From the NCBI GenBank assembly GCA_963842085.1, contig CAWJET010000002.1, forward strand, positions 1,088,001 to 1,152,000: 64,000 nucleotides of DNA, in the 5' to 3' direction. Origin of the DNA: an uncultured delta proteobacterium (lineage in GTDB: Bacteria > Desulfobacterota > Binatia > Binatales > Binataceae). Shown one piece after another: positions 19,643 to 29,451 of this stretch; position 1 is the first letter of the stretch; each line of letters opens with the position of its first letter. The translations under genes were made by a program, and so were the position numbers. The notes below the pieces were generated by a model. The model saw only the letters and a program-made list of their open reading frames with translations, was not told the origin of the DNA and ran no database searches.

Positions 19643-20998
19643 TCAGAGCGCGCCGAGTTCGCGGAGTTTGCCGTCGAACAGCGCGCGAATTTCGGCCAGT
19701 CGCTTTTCGCTGGTTGCTTCGAACCGCGTCACCAGCGCGGGCTGCGTGTTCGACGCGCGCACCAGGCCCCAGCCGTCGGCAAAATTCACGCGCACGCCGT
19801 CGATGTCGATAACCTCGTAGTGCTTGCGGAAAAAGTCAGCCGCCCGCCGCACCACTTCGAACTTGCGATCGTCGGGGCAGTCTACGCGAATCTCCGGCGT
19901 GAAGTGGCTGGCCGGAAGATCGGCCAGGATCGCGCCGAGGCCGCGGCCCTCGCGGCTCAGAATCTCCAGAATGCGGAACGACGCGTAAATCGCGTCGTCG
20001 AAGCCGAAGTAGCGGTCGGCGAAAAACATGTGCCCACTCATCTCGCCCGCCAGCACCGCGTGCTCTTCCTTCAACTTGCTCTTGATCAGCGAATGCCCCG
20101 TCTTCCACATGATAGGCCGGCCGCCGTGGCGCGCGATATCGTCGTACATCCGCTTCGAGCATTTCACGTCGCCAATAATCGTCGCGCCTGGACGCTCGCG
20201 CAGAATTGCCCGCGAGAACGCCACCATCAACTCGTCGCCCCACACGATCTTTCCGTTCTCGTCCACCGCACCGACGCGGTCGGCGTCGCCGTCGTACGCG
20301 ATACCGATCGCGGCGCGATTTTTTTCCACCGCCGCGACGAGGTCCCGCATGTTCTCTTCGACGGTCGGGTCGGGGTGATGGTTCGGGAAGCGCCCGTCCA
20401 TCTCGGTGTAGAGCTCGATCGTGTCGAGGCCGAGCCGCTTCATCAACGGCGCCGCAACCACGCCGCCGCATCCGTTGCCCCCGTCCACGACTACCTTCAG
20501 CCCCGGCTTGAGCTTGAACTGCGACATTATGAAATCATTGTAGTCGGGAATCACCGGACGGTCGGAGAGCATGCCCTTGGCTCCCGTCGTGACAAAGTCG
20601 CGCCGCTCGATTATTTCGCGCAGCCGCTGAATCTCCGCGCCGTAAATCGTCGTCGGACCCACGCCCAGCTTGAAGCCGTTGTACTCGGCAGCGTTGTGGC
20701 TGCCGGTGATCATCACGCCGCCGTCCATCTTCCAGCTCAGCACCGAAAAATAGAGGAGCGGTGTCGGCACCACGCCGATGTCAACCACGTTGATGCCGGC
20801 GCCGAGGAGGCCCTCGGCCAATCGATCGCGCAGCCGGTCCGATGACAGCCGGCAATCGCGTCCGAGCGTGACGGTTTTTTTCCCGGCGCGATGCAACAGC
20901 GTGGCATAGCCGCGCCCCAGATCGGCCACGAACCCGTCGTCGAAATCGCTTGCGACGACCCCGCGGATATCGTACTCGCGGAAGACTTGCGAATTCAT
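19643..20998 (-). CDS. Phosphomannomutase/phosphoglucomutase
   Basis: FREYDIRG, TGSHN, DGDADR, GEMSGH, RASNTQP. Confidence 0.95.
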   Translation of the reverse strand: MNSQVFREYDIRGVVASDFDDGFVADLGRGYATLLHRAGKKTVTLGRDCRLSSDRLRDRLAEGLLGAGINVVDIGVVPTPLLYFSVLSWKMDGGVMITGSHNAAEYNGFKLGVGPTTIYGAEIQRLREIIERRDFVTTGAKGMLSDRPVIPDYNDFIMSQFKLKPGLKVVVDGGNGCGGVVAAPLMKRLGLDTIELYTEMDGRFPNHHPDPTVEENMRDLVAAVEKNRAAIGIAYDGDADRVGAVDENGKIVWGDELMVAFSRAILRERPGATIIGDVKCSKRMYDDIARHGGRPIMWKTGHSLIKSKLKEEHAVLAGEMSGHMFFADRYFGFDDAIYASFRILEILSREGRGLGAILADLPASHFTPEIRVDCPDDRKFEVVRRAADFFRKHYEVIDIDGVRVNFADGWGLVRASNTQPALVTRFEATSEKRLAEIRALFDGKLRELGAL

Positions 20999-21045
20999 TA
21001 TCGTCAGTCTGTGCGAGCAATTACGTCAGCGCAAGATGCCTCCCA

Positions 21046-21795
21046 ATGACACCCCCAAGGGCATCGCGCGGCGGGGACGAAGCGCGCGTCGCAGTTGTCA
21101 CCGGCGCCGGCCGTGGCATCGGACGCGCCGTCGCGCTCGAACTCGCGCGTGCCGGCTACTCGCTCTGCCTCGCCGCGCGCTCGCGCGATGAACTCGAGGA
21201 AACCCGCTCCCAGAGCGGCCTGCCGCCCGAGCGCGCGCTGATCGTGCTGGTTGACCTGGCCAGCGAGGATGCGCCCGACCAGCTAGTCGGCGCGGCGCTC
21301 GATTGCTACGGGCGTATCGACGTGCTCATCAACAACGCCGGCTGGGCGCCGCCGCGAACGCCGCTGCTCAAGATGCGTCCCGCCGATTTCGACCGCATGA
21401 TCGCCGTGAACCTGCGCGCGCCGATCGCGCTCACGCGCCTGGCCGCGGCTGCGATGATCCCGCGAGGCGCCGGCACGATCGTCAACGTCGCATCCTCGGC
21501 CGCTATCAAGGCGCCCGCGGGCGAGGCCGTTTACGCCGCGACCAAGTCCGGATTAATCGCCTTCACGCGCGCGGCGTTCACCGAGATGCGGCAGAGCGGG
21601 CTAAAGCTCGCGGTGATCGTTCCGGGACTTGTCGACACCGCGCTGATTCCGAATAACAAGCGGCTCGATCGCACCGCGATGCTTTCGACGGCCGACGTCG
21701 CCCGCGCCGTGATGCAGATCGTGAACTCGCCCGCGGGCGCGTGTCCGGTCGAGGTGACGCTCGAGCCGCAACTCGATCCGGAGCGGCAGGGGTGA
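21046..21795 (+). CDS. SDR family oxidoreductase
   Basis: TGAGRGIG, NNAG, YAATK; start placed at ATG 21046. Confidence 0.9.
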   Translation: MTPPRASRGGDEARVAVVTGAGRGIGRAVALELARAGYSLCLAARSRDELEETRSQSGLPPERALIVLVDLASEDAPDQLVGAALDCYGRIDVLINNAGWAPPRTPLLKMRPADFDRMIAVNLRAPIALTRLAAAAMIPRGAGTIVNVASSAAIKAPAGEAVYAATKSGLIAFTRAAFTEMRQSGLKLAVIVPGLVDTALIPNNKRLDRTAMLSTADVARAVMQIVNSPAGACPVEVTLEPQLDPERQG

Positions 21796-21810
21796 CCCCT
21801 GCACCCAGTG
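21786..21810 (+). repeat. 25-bp palindromic repeat family A, copy 1
   Basis: GCAGGGGTGACCCCTGCACCCAGTG; also at 30720 and 31061. Confidence 0.85.
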
Positions 21811-21948
21811 ATTAAGAAGAGACGGACGGAGTTTACCCTGAGTACTCGTAGCGTCCCTACTAGGAGGGGTTATCCGGAAGAAGCCGCGCACCCTCTCTCC
21901 ACGATTATGTCCCCTTCCCACATTGGAAGGGTTAGGGGTTAGGTTAGC

Positions 21949-22836
21949 GTGCATCGATCATTCACGGCGCGATTCGCGCTCGTGCTTGCCGCGGGAATCG
22001 TCGCCGCGATCGTTCTCGCACCGCTCGCGGCTGTCGCGGTTGCGGCCGCTGGCTGGCGCTTCCCGTTTCCGCGAATTTTCGATCGAACCGTGATGGCGAC
22101 GCTGCTGATCGCGATGCTCTTCAGCGCGCGCCATTTGAATCTCGCCTCGCTACTGAGCCGCGGCTTCAGGCATACCGCGGCACCGAGCATCGCGCGCGCG
22201 ATTCGCGGTTTCGTAGTGGCGATGTGCGCGCTCGCGATTCTATTGGCGTTGGCACTCGCGGTCGGCGGCGGCGGAGTGGGCGATCACGTGGCAGCCGCAG
22301 CGCTGATACCGAAATACTTTCTCTCGGCGATCGTGATCGCATTCATCGAGGAAGCATTCTTCCGTGCATTCCTGCTCGGCGGCATGGAAGGCGACTTCGG
22401 CAACCGAATTGCGCTGATTGCGAGCGCCGCCATCTACGCCATCGCGCATCTCGTGCGATCCCCGGCTCGCTTTTACGTCACCGGCTATGAGCCGGCCGCG
22501 GGATTGATGACGCTCGCGCACAGCATCGACCAATTCGCAGATCCCGCGGTTGCCGTTCCCACCCTGATAGGCCTATTCCTGCTCGGCATCGTACTCGGCG
22601 AAGCGTATATCCTCACGGGCAGTGTGTATTTTTCGATCGGCCTGCACTGCGGCTTCGTACTGGGCGCAAAGATGTGGCCGAAAATAATTCTGAACCGCGC
22701 CGCAATCCCATGGTGGATAGCAGGCGGTGGCGCAATCCCACTAATCGGCGGCGCCGCCGCATGGGCGATAGCAATAGCGATCCTCGCGCTGCTCCGCCCA
22801 ATCACCCGCGCGCAACGAACGGTGCCTGGCAGCTAG
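21949..22836 (+). CDS. CPBP family intramembrane glutamic endopeptidase
   Basis: EEAFFR, YAIAH, IGLH motifs in a multi-TM protein. Confidence 0.85.
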   Translation: MHRSFTARFALVLAAGIVAAIVLAPLAAVAVAAAGWRFPFPRIFDRTVMATLLIAMLFSARHLNLASLLSRGFRHTAAPSIARAIRGFVVAMCALAILLALALAVGGGGVGDHVAAAALIPKYFLSAIVIAFIEEAFFRAFLLGGMEGDFGNRIALIASAAIYAIAHLVRSPARFYVTGYEPAAGLMTLAHSIDQFADPAVAVPTLIGLFLLGIVLGEAYILTGSVYFSIGLHCGFVLGAKMWPKIILNRAAIPWWIAGGGAIPLIGGAAAWAIAIAILALLRPITRAQRTVPGS

Positions 22837-23909
22837 TCGTACAGCGAGGGGGTGCCGCTTACTGGTCGGGTGCGGTAGCGGCGGTGCGTCCAGAGCCATT
22901 GCTCGGGGTACTTTCGGACCATCTCTTCGATAGCTTTCTGATAACGCGCGGTGTTCACCAGCGCGTCGGCATCGCGGTCGGCAGTGCGTTGCTGCGGGAT
23001 CTCTTCGAAAATTTCTATGACATGACTGACGCCGTCCGGTTGGCGCACGATGAAGACGGGAACGACTGGCGCGCCCGCCATCATCGCGAGGCGGTCGAAG
23101 CCGCTCGGCGTCGCGGCCAGCTCGCCGAAGAACGGCACCCAGATGGCCTCGGAGCGCTTGGCGTTCTGATCGAGCGGGATGCCGATAATCTCGCCGCGCT
23201 TGAGCGAGCGGAGCATCTCGCGCGCCGCGGAGTGCTTGCGGATTATCTGCACTCCCGCGCGCTCGCGAATGAATGACACCAGGTCGTCGCCCGCCAGGAA
23301 GCGTTGCGTGTGATGTACCAACCCTATCTGGAATCCGTGCAGCGCATGCCCTGCCGGCAGCAGCTCGAAACCTCCAAAGTGCGCAGTGAGGATGAGCGCG
23401 CCCTTGCCCGGGTACTTCGGGTGCACTTTGTTCCAGATGTCGAGGCGGTTGTAGCTGACGCGGCGCCCGAGGCGTCGATAGAAGAACCCGCCCAACCGGA
23501 CGTACTCGGCGCCGGTGCGGCCGAGGTTGATGTACGACGCGCGCAGGATGCGTCTTCGCTCCGCGTCGCTCTTTTCGGGGAAAGCGATTTCGAGATTGCG
23601 GATTCCGATCCGCGTGTGGCGGCTATCCAGGTGATAGAAAAGCAAGCCGCAAGCGATCCCCAGTTTGTACAGGATGAAGTCGGGCAGGAGGCTAAGCGCG
23701 TGCAGCGCGGCGACCAGCATCCAGAAGATCAGCCGATCCTTGAGTCCCAGCTGGATGCGCGTGCTCTTGGGCGGTCCGAGCGACAGCGGAAAGACCGGCT
23801 CATGCTTACCGTCGGCCGTCGGCGCGCCACGCTTCAATACATCGCCGATCGAATCCGGCGATTCTGTGCGATCAAGCTGGGGACTTGCTGACGGAGACGC
23901 TAGTGCCAT
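22833..23909 (-). CDS. Lipid A late acyltransferase (LpxL/HtrB family)
   Basis: AHFGGFE, LDQ, VPFFG, PEQWLWTHRRY. Confidence 0.88.
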   Translation of the reverse strand: MALASPSASPQLDRTESPDSIGDVLKRGAPTADGKHEPVFPLSLGPPKSTRIQLGLKDRLIFWMLVAALHALSLLPDFILYKLGIACGLLFYHLDSRHTRIGIRNLEIAFPEKSDAERRRILRASYINLGRTGAEYVRLGGFFYRRLGRRVSYNRLDIWNKVHPKYPGKGALILTAHFGGFELLPAGHALHGFQIGLVHHTQRFLAGDDLVSFIRERAGVQIIRKHSAAREMLRSLKRGEIIGIPLDQNAKRSEAIWVPFFGELAATPSGFDRLAMMAGAPVVPVFIVRQPDGVSHVIEIFEEIPQQRTADRDADALVNTARYQKAIEEMVRKYPEQWLWTHRRYRTRPVSGTPSLYD

Positions 23910-25145
23910 CTACAGTACCGACCGTTCGCGCTTCGGACCCTTGGGAATTACGACCAGGCCCGAATCGGTTACGAAGAATCGCTGCCGATCGCGCTCGAGG
24001 TCGTAGCCTATCTCTTCGCCCTCGGGAACGTAGACGTTCTTGTCGATAATCGCGCGGCGAATTTTCGCGTGCCGCCCGATTTCCGCATAGTCCATGATGA
24101 CCGAGTCCTCGACCAGGCTGTACGAGTGCACGAACACCGAGCGGCCGAGCACGGAATTGCGAATCGCGCCTCCCGACACGATACATCCCTCCCCGATCAC
24201 CGAATGCAGCGCCAGCCCGCGCCGGCCGTTCTCGTCGAACACGAACTTTGCCGGCGGCTGATCGTAATACGCGGTGCGCAGCGGCCAGTACGGATTGTAC
24301 AGGTTCAGATGCGGGCGCGCGTCGCGCAGGTCCATGTTGGCCTCGTAGTAGGCGTCGAGCGTACCGACGTCGCGCCAGTAGCTGAGATTAGCCTCGGAGT
24401 CGCCGCGGATGCGATTGGTCATGAAGTTATACGCATACACCGGGACGCGGTTGATGAGCGCCGGGATAAGGTCGCGGCCGAAATCGTGATTGCTGTCTTC
24501 GCGAATTGAATCTTCGATCAGCGCCTCGCGCAGGACGTCGGGACTGAACAGGTAATTGCCCATCGAGGCCAGCGAGCGGCCCGGCGCGCCGGGCATCTGC
24601 GGCGGATTGTCGGGCTTCTCGACGAAGCCCGAGACGCGCAAGCCCGAATCGACCTGCACGATCCCGAACTGATTCGCCTCGTCGACAGACACCGGCAGCG
24701 TCGCGACCGTGACCGCCGCCTTGCGCTCGACGTGAAACTCGATCATCTGCTGGATGTCCATCCGGTAGACGTGGTCCGCGCCAAAGACCGCGACCAGGTC
24801 CGGCTTGGTGTCGTCGATAAGATTCAGATTCTGAAAAATCGCGTCGGCCGTGCCCTGGTACCACAACTCTCCCATCCGCATCTGCGCCGGAACCGGAATG
24901 ACGAAGTGATCCGGCAGCATCCCGCCGAATTGCCATCCGTCCTTGAGATGTTCGATCAGCGATTGCGAACGCCATTGCACAAGCACGTAGATCGCGTAGA
25001 TACCCGAGTTGACGAGGTTGGAGAGCACGAAGTCGATGATGCGGTATTTGCCGCCGAACGGGACGGCAGGCTTGGCGCGATCCCGGGTCAACGGATGGAG
25101 CCTGGTCCCCTGCCCCCCGGCCATCACTAGCGCCAGCGTTCTCAT
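23910..25145 (-). CDS. glgC: Glucose-1-phosphate adenylyltransferase
   Basis: RAKPAVPFGGKYRIIDF, WYQGTADA, ASMGNY, HDFG, YWRDVGT. Confidence 0.97.
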   Translation of the reverse strand: MRTLALVMAGGQGTRLHPLTRDRAKPAVPFGGKYRIIDFVLSNLVNSGIYAIYVLVQWRSQSLIEHLKDGWQFGGMLPDHFVIPVPAQMRMGELWYQGTADAIFQNLNLIDDTKPDLVAVFGADHVYRMDIQQMIEFHVERKAAVTVATLPVSVDEANQFGIVQVDSGLRVSGFVEKPDNPPQMPGAPGRSLASMGNYLFSPDVLREALIEDSIREDSNHDFGRDLIPALINRVPVYAYNFMTNRIRGDSEANLSYWRDVGTLDAYYEANMDLRDARPHLNLYNPYWPLRTAYYDQPPAKFVFDENGRRGLALHSVIGEGCIVSGGAIRNSVLGRSVFVHSYSLVEDSVIMDYAEIGRHAKIRRAIIDKNVYVPEGEEIGYDLERDRQRFFVTDSGLVVIPKGPKRERSVL

Positions 25146-25410
25146 TTGAGCAAACGGGCTCGAATCGTCATCGCGCGGTCATCCTGGGCAAAATAAGCCC
25201 GCCAAGTATAGGTGTCCCGCGGTCTCATCGAAAGCCCATCGGTCCGGCGCCGGGAAGCAGCGTCTTTCACCCGCGAAATCTCAGAGGTTTGTAGCAAGGC
25301 CGCAAGAATTTCCCGATGGTGGTGCAAGGCAGTCATAGAAAAGGAGCTTTTGCGGCGCGAATTGAGGCTGATTTTACTCGATTTTGCGTCCTGCCGCCAA
25401 TTGAGGCACG

Positions 25411-25426
25411 AGGCACGTCATTTGCT
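25411..25426 (+). promoter_or_regulatory. Sigma54 (-24/-12) promoter
   Basis: AGGCACGTCATTTGCT matches GGCACG-N4-TTGC with exact spacing, about 100 nt before ORF 25530. Confidence 0.65.
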
Positions 25427-25529
25427 TGAAACTTTCCCGAGGTTGTTACGTCTAAAACGCTAGGCATCGATTATGGTAGTCGGATGCGAGCCCTCTCGCG
25501 ATGGAGCGCGATGGAGGAGGTAGAGAAAA

Positions 25530-25817
25530 ATGCAAGCAGCGCAAGAATCCAGAACAACCGGCCAAGGCGTAGTTTACCGGACGATTTGTCAGAATCCCGG
25601 CTGCGGGTTTAAGTTCGATCTCAGAATAACGCCTCAAAACGCGGGTCTCCTCAGCGGTTCGATGGCATGTCCGCACTGCAAGCGGCACGGTGGCCAACTG
25701 AAGTCCCAGGGACGCATCAGCGAAAAGCTCTTCGCGGCCAAGTTGTTGTTCCGCCCCACGGGCGTTGGGCCGACGCGAGGCGACGAGGACGAAATGGGAG
25801 CGGACTCCCGCTATTAA
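25530..25817 (+). CDS. Small Zn-ribbon hypothetical protein
   Basis: CQNPGC...CPHC; strong GGAGG RBS. Confidence 0.75.
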   Translation: MQAAQESRTTGQGVVYRTICQNPGCGFKFDLRITPQNAGLLSGSMACPHCKRHGGQLKSQGRISEKLFAAKLLFRPTGVGPTRGDEDEMGADSRY

Positions 25818-25877
25818 CTGCGATGCGGATCATCTAATCTAGGTAGCCGTCACCAGATCCGTTGACCTATCATTACG

Positions 25878-25916
25878 ACGCGCGCCGTCCGGATTCCGGA
25901 CGGCGCGCGCGTTTTT
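25878..25916 (+). terminator. Intrinsic terminator
   Basis: 13-bp stem GCGCGCCGTCCGG/CCGGACGGCGCGC followed by TTTTT; between convergent genes. Confidence 0.7.
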
Positions 25917-25944
25917 CAGCTGCCTGGGGCGGCGAGGATCGCGA

Positions 25945-26586
25945 TCAGCCGCCGGCGACCGGCACAGCGGCGACGCCTTGCAGGTTGCGGATGCTAGGCC
26001 GCTCCATCATCCGCTTGATCCATGCGTCGATGTTGCCGCGGTTGTTGCCGAGCACGTCGATTCCGATGTCGTTCAGTATCAGCATCCTCGGCGCGAAGGC
26101 GACGTCGGCAACCGAAAACTCGCCGGCGAGAAAATTGTTGCCCTGCAATTCGTGGTTCAGGTAGTCGAGCACGCGCTCGACCGACTGATGGAGCCGCTGC
26201 ACGCGACTCTGGTCGCGATCGCCTTCGGGCTTGGAAACCTCGGCGATCAACTGGCCGACCGGCGGCGTGAACGACGTGTCGGCGAAGTCCTCGAACAGGC
26301 GCGCCCGCGAGCGCATCGCGCTGGATCCCACCGGCGGCAGCACGGGCGGCTCGGGATACTCGTCCTCGAGATACTCGTTGATGATCGTCGAATCGTAAAT
26401 CGTCGTGTCGTCATCGACCAGCACCGGCACGCGTCCGAAAGGGTTGAGCCGCAGAAAGTCGGGCTTGCGATTTTCGTGCTGGGTCAAATCGACCGGGACC
26501 AGGTCGTAGGTCAAGGCCTTCTCGGCCAGCACGATGCGGACCTTCTGACCGTAGGGGCAGGAAAGGAAGTCGTAGAGTTTGATCAT
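25945..26586 (-). CDS. Glutathione S-transferase family protein
   Basis: CPYGQKVRI, NPFGRVPVL, DSTIINEYL, FSVADVA. Confidence 0.92.
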   Translation of the reverse strand: MIKLYDFLSCPYGQKVRIVLAEKALTYDLVPVDLTQHENRKPDFLRLNPFGRVPVLVDDDTTIYDSTIINEYLEDEYPEPPVLPPVGSSAMRSRARLFEDFADTSFTPPVGQLIAEVSKPEGDRDQSRVQRLHQSVERVLDYLNHELQGNNFLAGEFSVADVAFAPRMLILNDIGIDVLGNNRGNIDAWIKRMMERPSIRNLQGVAAVPVAGG

Positions 26587-26599
26587 ATCGGGCAAGTCC

Positions 26600-27055
26600 T
26601 CATTCGGCTTGCGCCGCGACGGTAATCTTCAAGCTGGCTTCAACCTCGGAATCGAGCTTGACCGGCACCGTGAATTCTCCGAGCTGCTTGATCGGCTCCG
26701 GCAGGTGAATCTTGCGGCGCTCGATATCGAGGCCGTTTTCGCGCAGCGCGCGTTCGAGATCGATGTTGGTAACCGAGCCGAAGAGCTTGCCTTCCTCGCC
26801 GGCGCGGGCATGCAGGGTCAGCGCGAGGGCCTCGATCCTGGCCTTGACCGAGAGGGCGTCGGTGCGTTTGATCTCGCGCCGGCGCGCGGCGGTGCGCTTC
26901 TGATGCTCGAAGGCGCGGAGATTTTTCTGATCCGCCTCGACCGCGAGCTTGCGCGGCAACAGGTAGTTGCGGGCGTAGCCGGCGCGGACCTTGACCACGT
27001 CGCCGGTCCTTCCCAGGTTGGGAAGGTCCTCGTTAAGTATGACTTGCACGTTCAT
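26600..27055 (-). CDS. rplI: 50S ribosomal protein L9
   Basis: LGRTGDVVKVRAGYARNYLLP, GKLFGSVT; start at ATG 27055. Confidence 0.97.
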   Translation of the reverse strand: MNVQVILNEDLPNLGRTGDVVKVRAGYARNYLLPRKLAVEADQKNLRAFEHQKRTAARRREIKRTDALSVKARIEALALTLHARAGEEGKLFGSVTNIDLERALRENGLDIERRKIHLPEPIKQLGEFTVPVKLDSEVEASLKITVAAQAE

Positions 27056-27098
27056 CGTCTTTGCCGCCTCATCGTCTGGATCACCGTGTTGCCCCTTC

Positions 27099-28031
27099 TC
27101 AGAAGAAATCGCCCAGGTTGTTCGCTTCCGGGCTTCGGGGCTTGAGCCGCCGGAAGTCGATCCACATATCGAACACGCCCGCAATGCACACCAGCGCAGC
27201 CACAACCGGCTGCGCGAACACGACAAAATAAATTATGCCGCGCACGATCGACGGGACCGAGAGCGATTGAAAGTAGAATCCGACAATCGCCAGTCCCTGG
27301 CAAAAGTACACCGCCGCGATACAGATGAAGCCGTTGAGCGCGATGTCGCTTACTGCGGAAACAGGAATGAACAGCCCGAACCCGCCGGCGAGCAATAGCC
27401 ACACCATCCATTCCGGCGCCGACCATCGCGAAAGATCACCGAACAGATTGTAGGTCAGCCGCTGCGGCCCCGCCCATCGCCAGAACACGCGCAGGTTGAG
27501 CAGCATCGTGCTGGCGGCGACCAGCAACGCGAACGCCGGCGACAAGCGCATCGTGAGCGAGATGACGCTCGCCTGCGTATCGGCTGGAATCGTTTGTTGT
27601 ATCCCGAGCAGCTTGTAGAAGTCCTGCCCGCGGGCCATCCCCAGTGCAAGTTCGTCGTGGACGGTCTTGATGAGCGCGTCGGGACCGCCCATCACCACGA
27701 GCGCCGCCACGACCGAAGCCGCCACCATCACGCCCGCGCCGACCGCAGCGATCGTCTCAAAGGAGGAGCGCCGCTCGAGCATGTAGCACGCGACCGCGGT
27801 GGCGAGGCCGAACGACACGAAATAAGCAAGACCGCCGAGCGGTCCCCACAGAATTGCTACGAATGCGGTCGCGAGCAGGACTGCGATAATCGCGCGGAGA
27901 TTGGGAGTTGGACGCCCGACCGCATACAGTATGATTGGTGCGGGCGCGAGCATCATCAGGATGCCGCCGAGCAGCGGGATCGCGCCGCCGGCGAGGAAGA
28001 ATGCCCCCGCCAACGCGGCCGCACGAACCAT
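27099..28031 (-). CDS. DUF2232 (YybS-like) membrane protein
   Basis: Multi-TM; YFCQGLAI and GVFDMWIDFRR; canonical position between rpsR and rplI. Confidence 0.88.
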   Translation of the reverse strand: MVRAAALAGAFFLAGGAIPLLGGILMMLAPAPIILYAVGRPTPNLRAIIAVLLATAFVAILWGPLGGLAYFVSFGLATAVACYMLERRSSFETIAAVGAGVMVAASVVAALVVMGGPDALIKTVHDELALGMARGQDFYKLLGIQQTIPADTQASVISLTMRLSPAFALLVAASTMLLNLRVFWRWAGPQRLTYNLFGDLSRWSAPEWMVWLLLAGGFGLFIPVSAVSDIALNGFICIAAVYFCQGLAIVGFYFQSLSVPSIVRGIIYFVVFAQPVVAALVCIAGVFDMWIDFRRLKPRSPEANNLGDFF

Positions 28032-28068
28032 CCCGATAACAGCCTTGCGCGTCACTGGATTAGGCGGT

Positions 28069-28431
28069 CTACACGCCCAGCGTCGAGAACGGCAGCAGCG
28101 CGAGCACGCGCGCGCGCTTGATCGCGACGGCAAGTTGGCGCTGATGCTTGGCGCAATTGCCTGAGGTTCGGCTCGGGACTATCTTGCCGCCCTCGGTGAT
28201 GAAACTGCCGAGCGTGCGCACGTCTTTGTAGTCGACCTTGAGCGTCTTGTCGGCGCAAAAGCGGCACACCTTGCGCCGTCCACCAGGGCGCCCCCGACGC
28301 ATCCCGCCGCCGCGACCCTCGCCGCCGCGGCCCTCGCCGCGGTCACCCTCGGGGCGCGAGCCGCCGTAGCGTCCGCCGCCGCCCTCGCGCGGCCGGTCGC
28401 CGCCTCTTTCGGATCTTTCCTCGTCAGCCAT
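28069..28431 (-). CDS. rpsR: 30S ribosomal protein S18 (Zn-binding form, Gly/Arg-rich N-extension)
   Basis: [29 protein letters not shown]. Confidence 0.97.
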   Translation of the reverse strand: MADEERSERGGDRPREGGGGRYGGSRPEGDRGEGRGGEGRGGGMRRGRPGGRRKVCRFCADKTLKVDYKDVRTLGSFITEGGKIVPSRTSGNCAKHQRQLAVAIKRARVLALLPFSTLGV

Positions 28432-28467
28432 TCACAGTCCTTTTTCTTTCGGTTCTTTCCGTTCGAT

Positions 28468-28761
28468 TTATTCCGGTTCGGTCCGCTCGATCGACGCAGC
28501 TACGACTTCAAACCCGGCGTCGGTCTTCAAGCTGCCCTTCAATGCTCTCATTCTTCCGATCACCTTGACCTGCCGACCCGGCTCCAGGAGCTGTTTTGCC
28601 ACCGTCGCCGATTCTCCCGCCATCACGATCCCGAGCCTCAGTTCCTCGCCGGGCGCGCCGCACTCGACCGTGAAGCGGAGGACAGGCGTGCCAGCGGGCG
28701 TGATGCGGACTTCGGGCTGAGCGAGCAGCCGGCCTTCGAGCTCAATCCGGTTCCCTGTCAC
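28468..28761 (-). CDS. priB: PriB/SSB-family OB-fold protein
   Basis: NRIELEGRL...RITPAGTPVL; 97 aa, no acidic SSB tail; between rpsF and rpsR. Confidence 0.65.
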   Translation of the reverse strand: MTGNRIELEGRLLAQPEVRITPAGTPVLRFTVECGAPGEELRLGIVMAGESATVAKQLLEPGRQVKVIGRMRALKGSLKTDAGFEVVAASIERTEPE

Positions 28762-29233
28762 CTTCGGGCTCGGCGATTTCCTCGGCCGCCGCTTCCATTA
28801 TTTCCTCGGGAGCGTCGGGCGCCTCCTCGACCCGTTCCTCGCGCGCGGCCATCAGCGCGGCTGCGCGAGCTTCCTGGGCGGCTTTGGCCTCCGCTATCCG
28901 GCGGTTGCGCGCCTCGAGTTCCTCGCGCGCCTTAGCCACGTCGGCGTCGGCATCCACCAGGACAGATAGGTACCGCAGGACCGTATCGGAGAGCCGCAAA
29001 TTGCGCTCGACCTCGTTCATGACGGGGCCGGGCGAAACGTAGTCGAGTCGAACGTAGAAGCCGCGGCGCTCGCCCTTGATCTTGTAGGCGAGTTCGCGCG
29101 AGCCCCACTCCTCGGTTTCGATCATCTCGCCGGCGCCGGCGGCGATGATCCCCTCGTAGCGTTTGATGGCTTCCTTGATTTGGGGGTCGCCCGAATCAGG
29201 GCGGAGAATAAAAATAGTTTCGTAGCGCCTCAC
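28742..29233 (-). CDS. rpsF: 30S ribosomal protein S6
   Basis: RRYETIFILRPD, WGSRELAYKI; GTG start at 29233 with AGGAGG. Confidence 0.97.
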   Translation of the reverse strand: MRRYETIFILRPDSGDPQIKEAIKRYEGIIAAGAGEMIETEEWGSRELAYKIKGERRGFYVRLDYVSPGPVMNEVERNLRLSDTVLRYLSVLVDADADVAKAREELEARNRRIAEAKAAQEARAAALMAAREERVEEAPDAPEEIMEAAAEEIAEPEGDREPD

Positions 29234-29245
29234 GCGCTTGAATGT

Positions 29246-29290
29246 CCTCCTTACGGATTTCAGCCCCAGGTTGGAGCAAGGAGCAATCCC
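29246..29290 (-). promoter_or_regulatory. S6:S18 ribosomal protein leader RNA
   Basis: UGCUCCUUGCUCC...GGGGC...CCGUAAGGAGG: CUCCUU pairs with the SD, as in the known S6:S18 leader. Confidence 0.65.
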
Positions 29291-29451
29291 GTACAGTACC
29301 ATCGCGCCGGTTCGCTCTCAAGGCTGCGCGGCGGTCATTTCAGCTCCGCGGATGGCGGCCGCGATTGGCGGGAGGTCGGCTCCTGCTATTGATCTTGCTA
29401 TTCGCAAGCGGTCTGTTAGGAGCAGATGCGGCAATTCAGGAGGATCCTCCA

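Noticed and set aside
29242-29451. Longer start for the cyclase gene with an apparent hydrophobic segment
   Set aside because: Overlaps the rpsF leader and promoter; a strong SD supports GTG 29452
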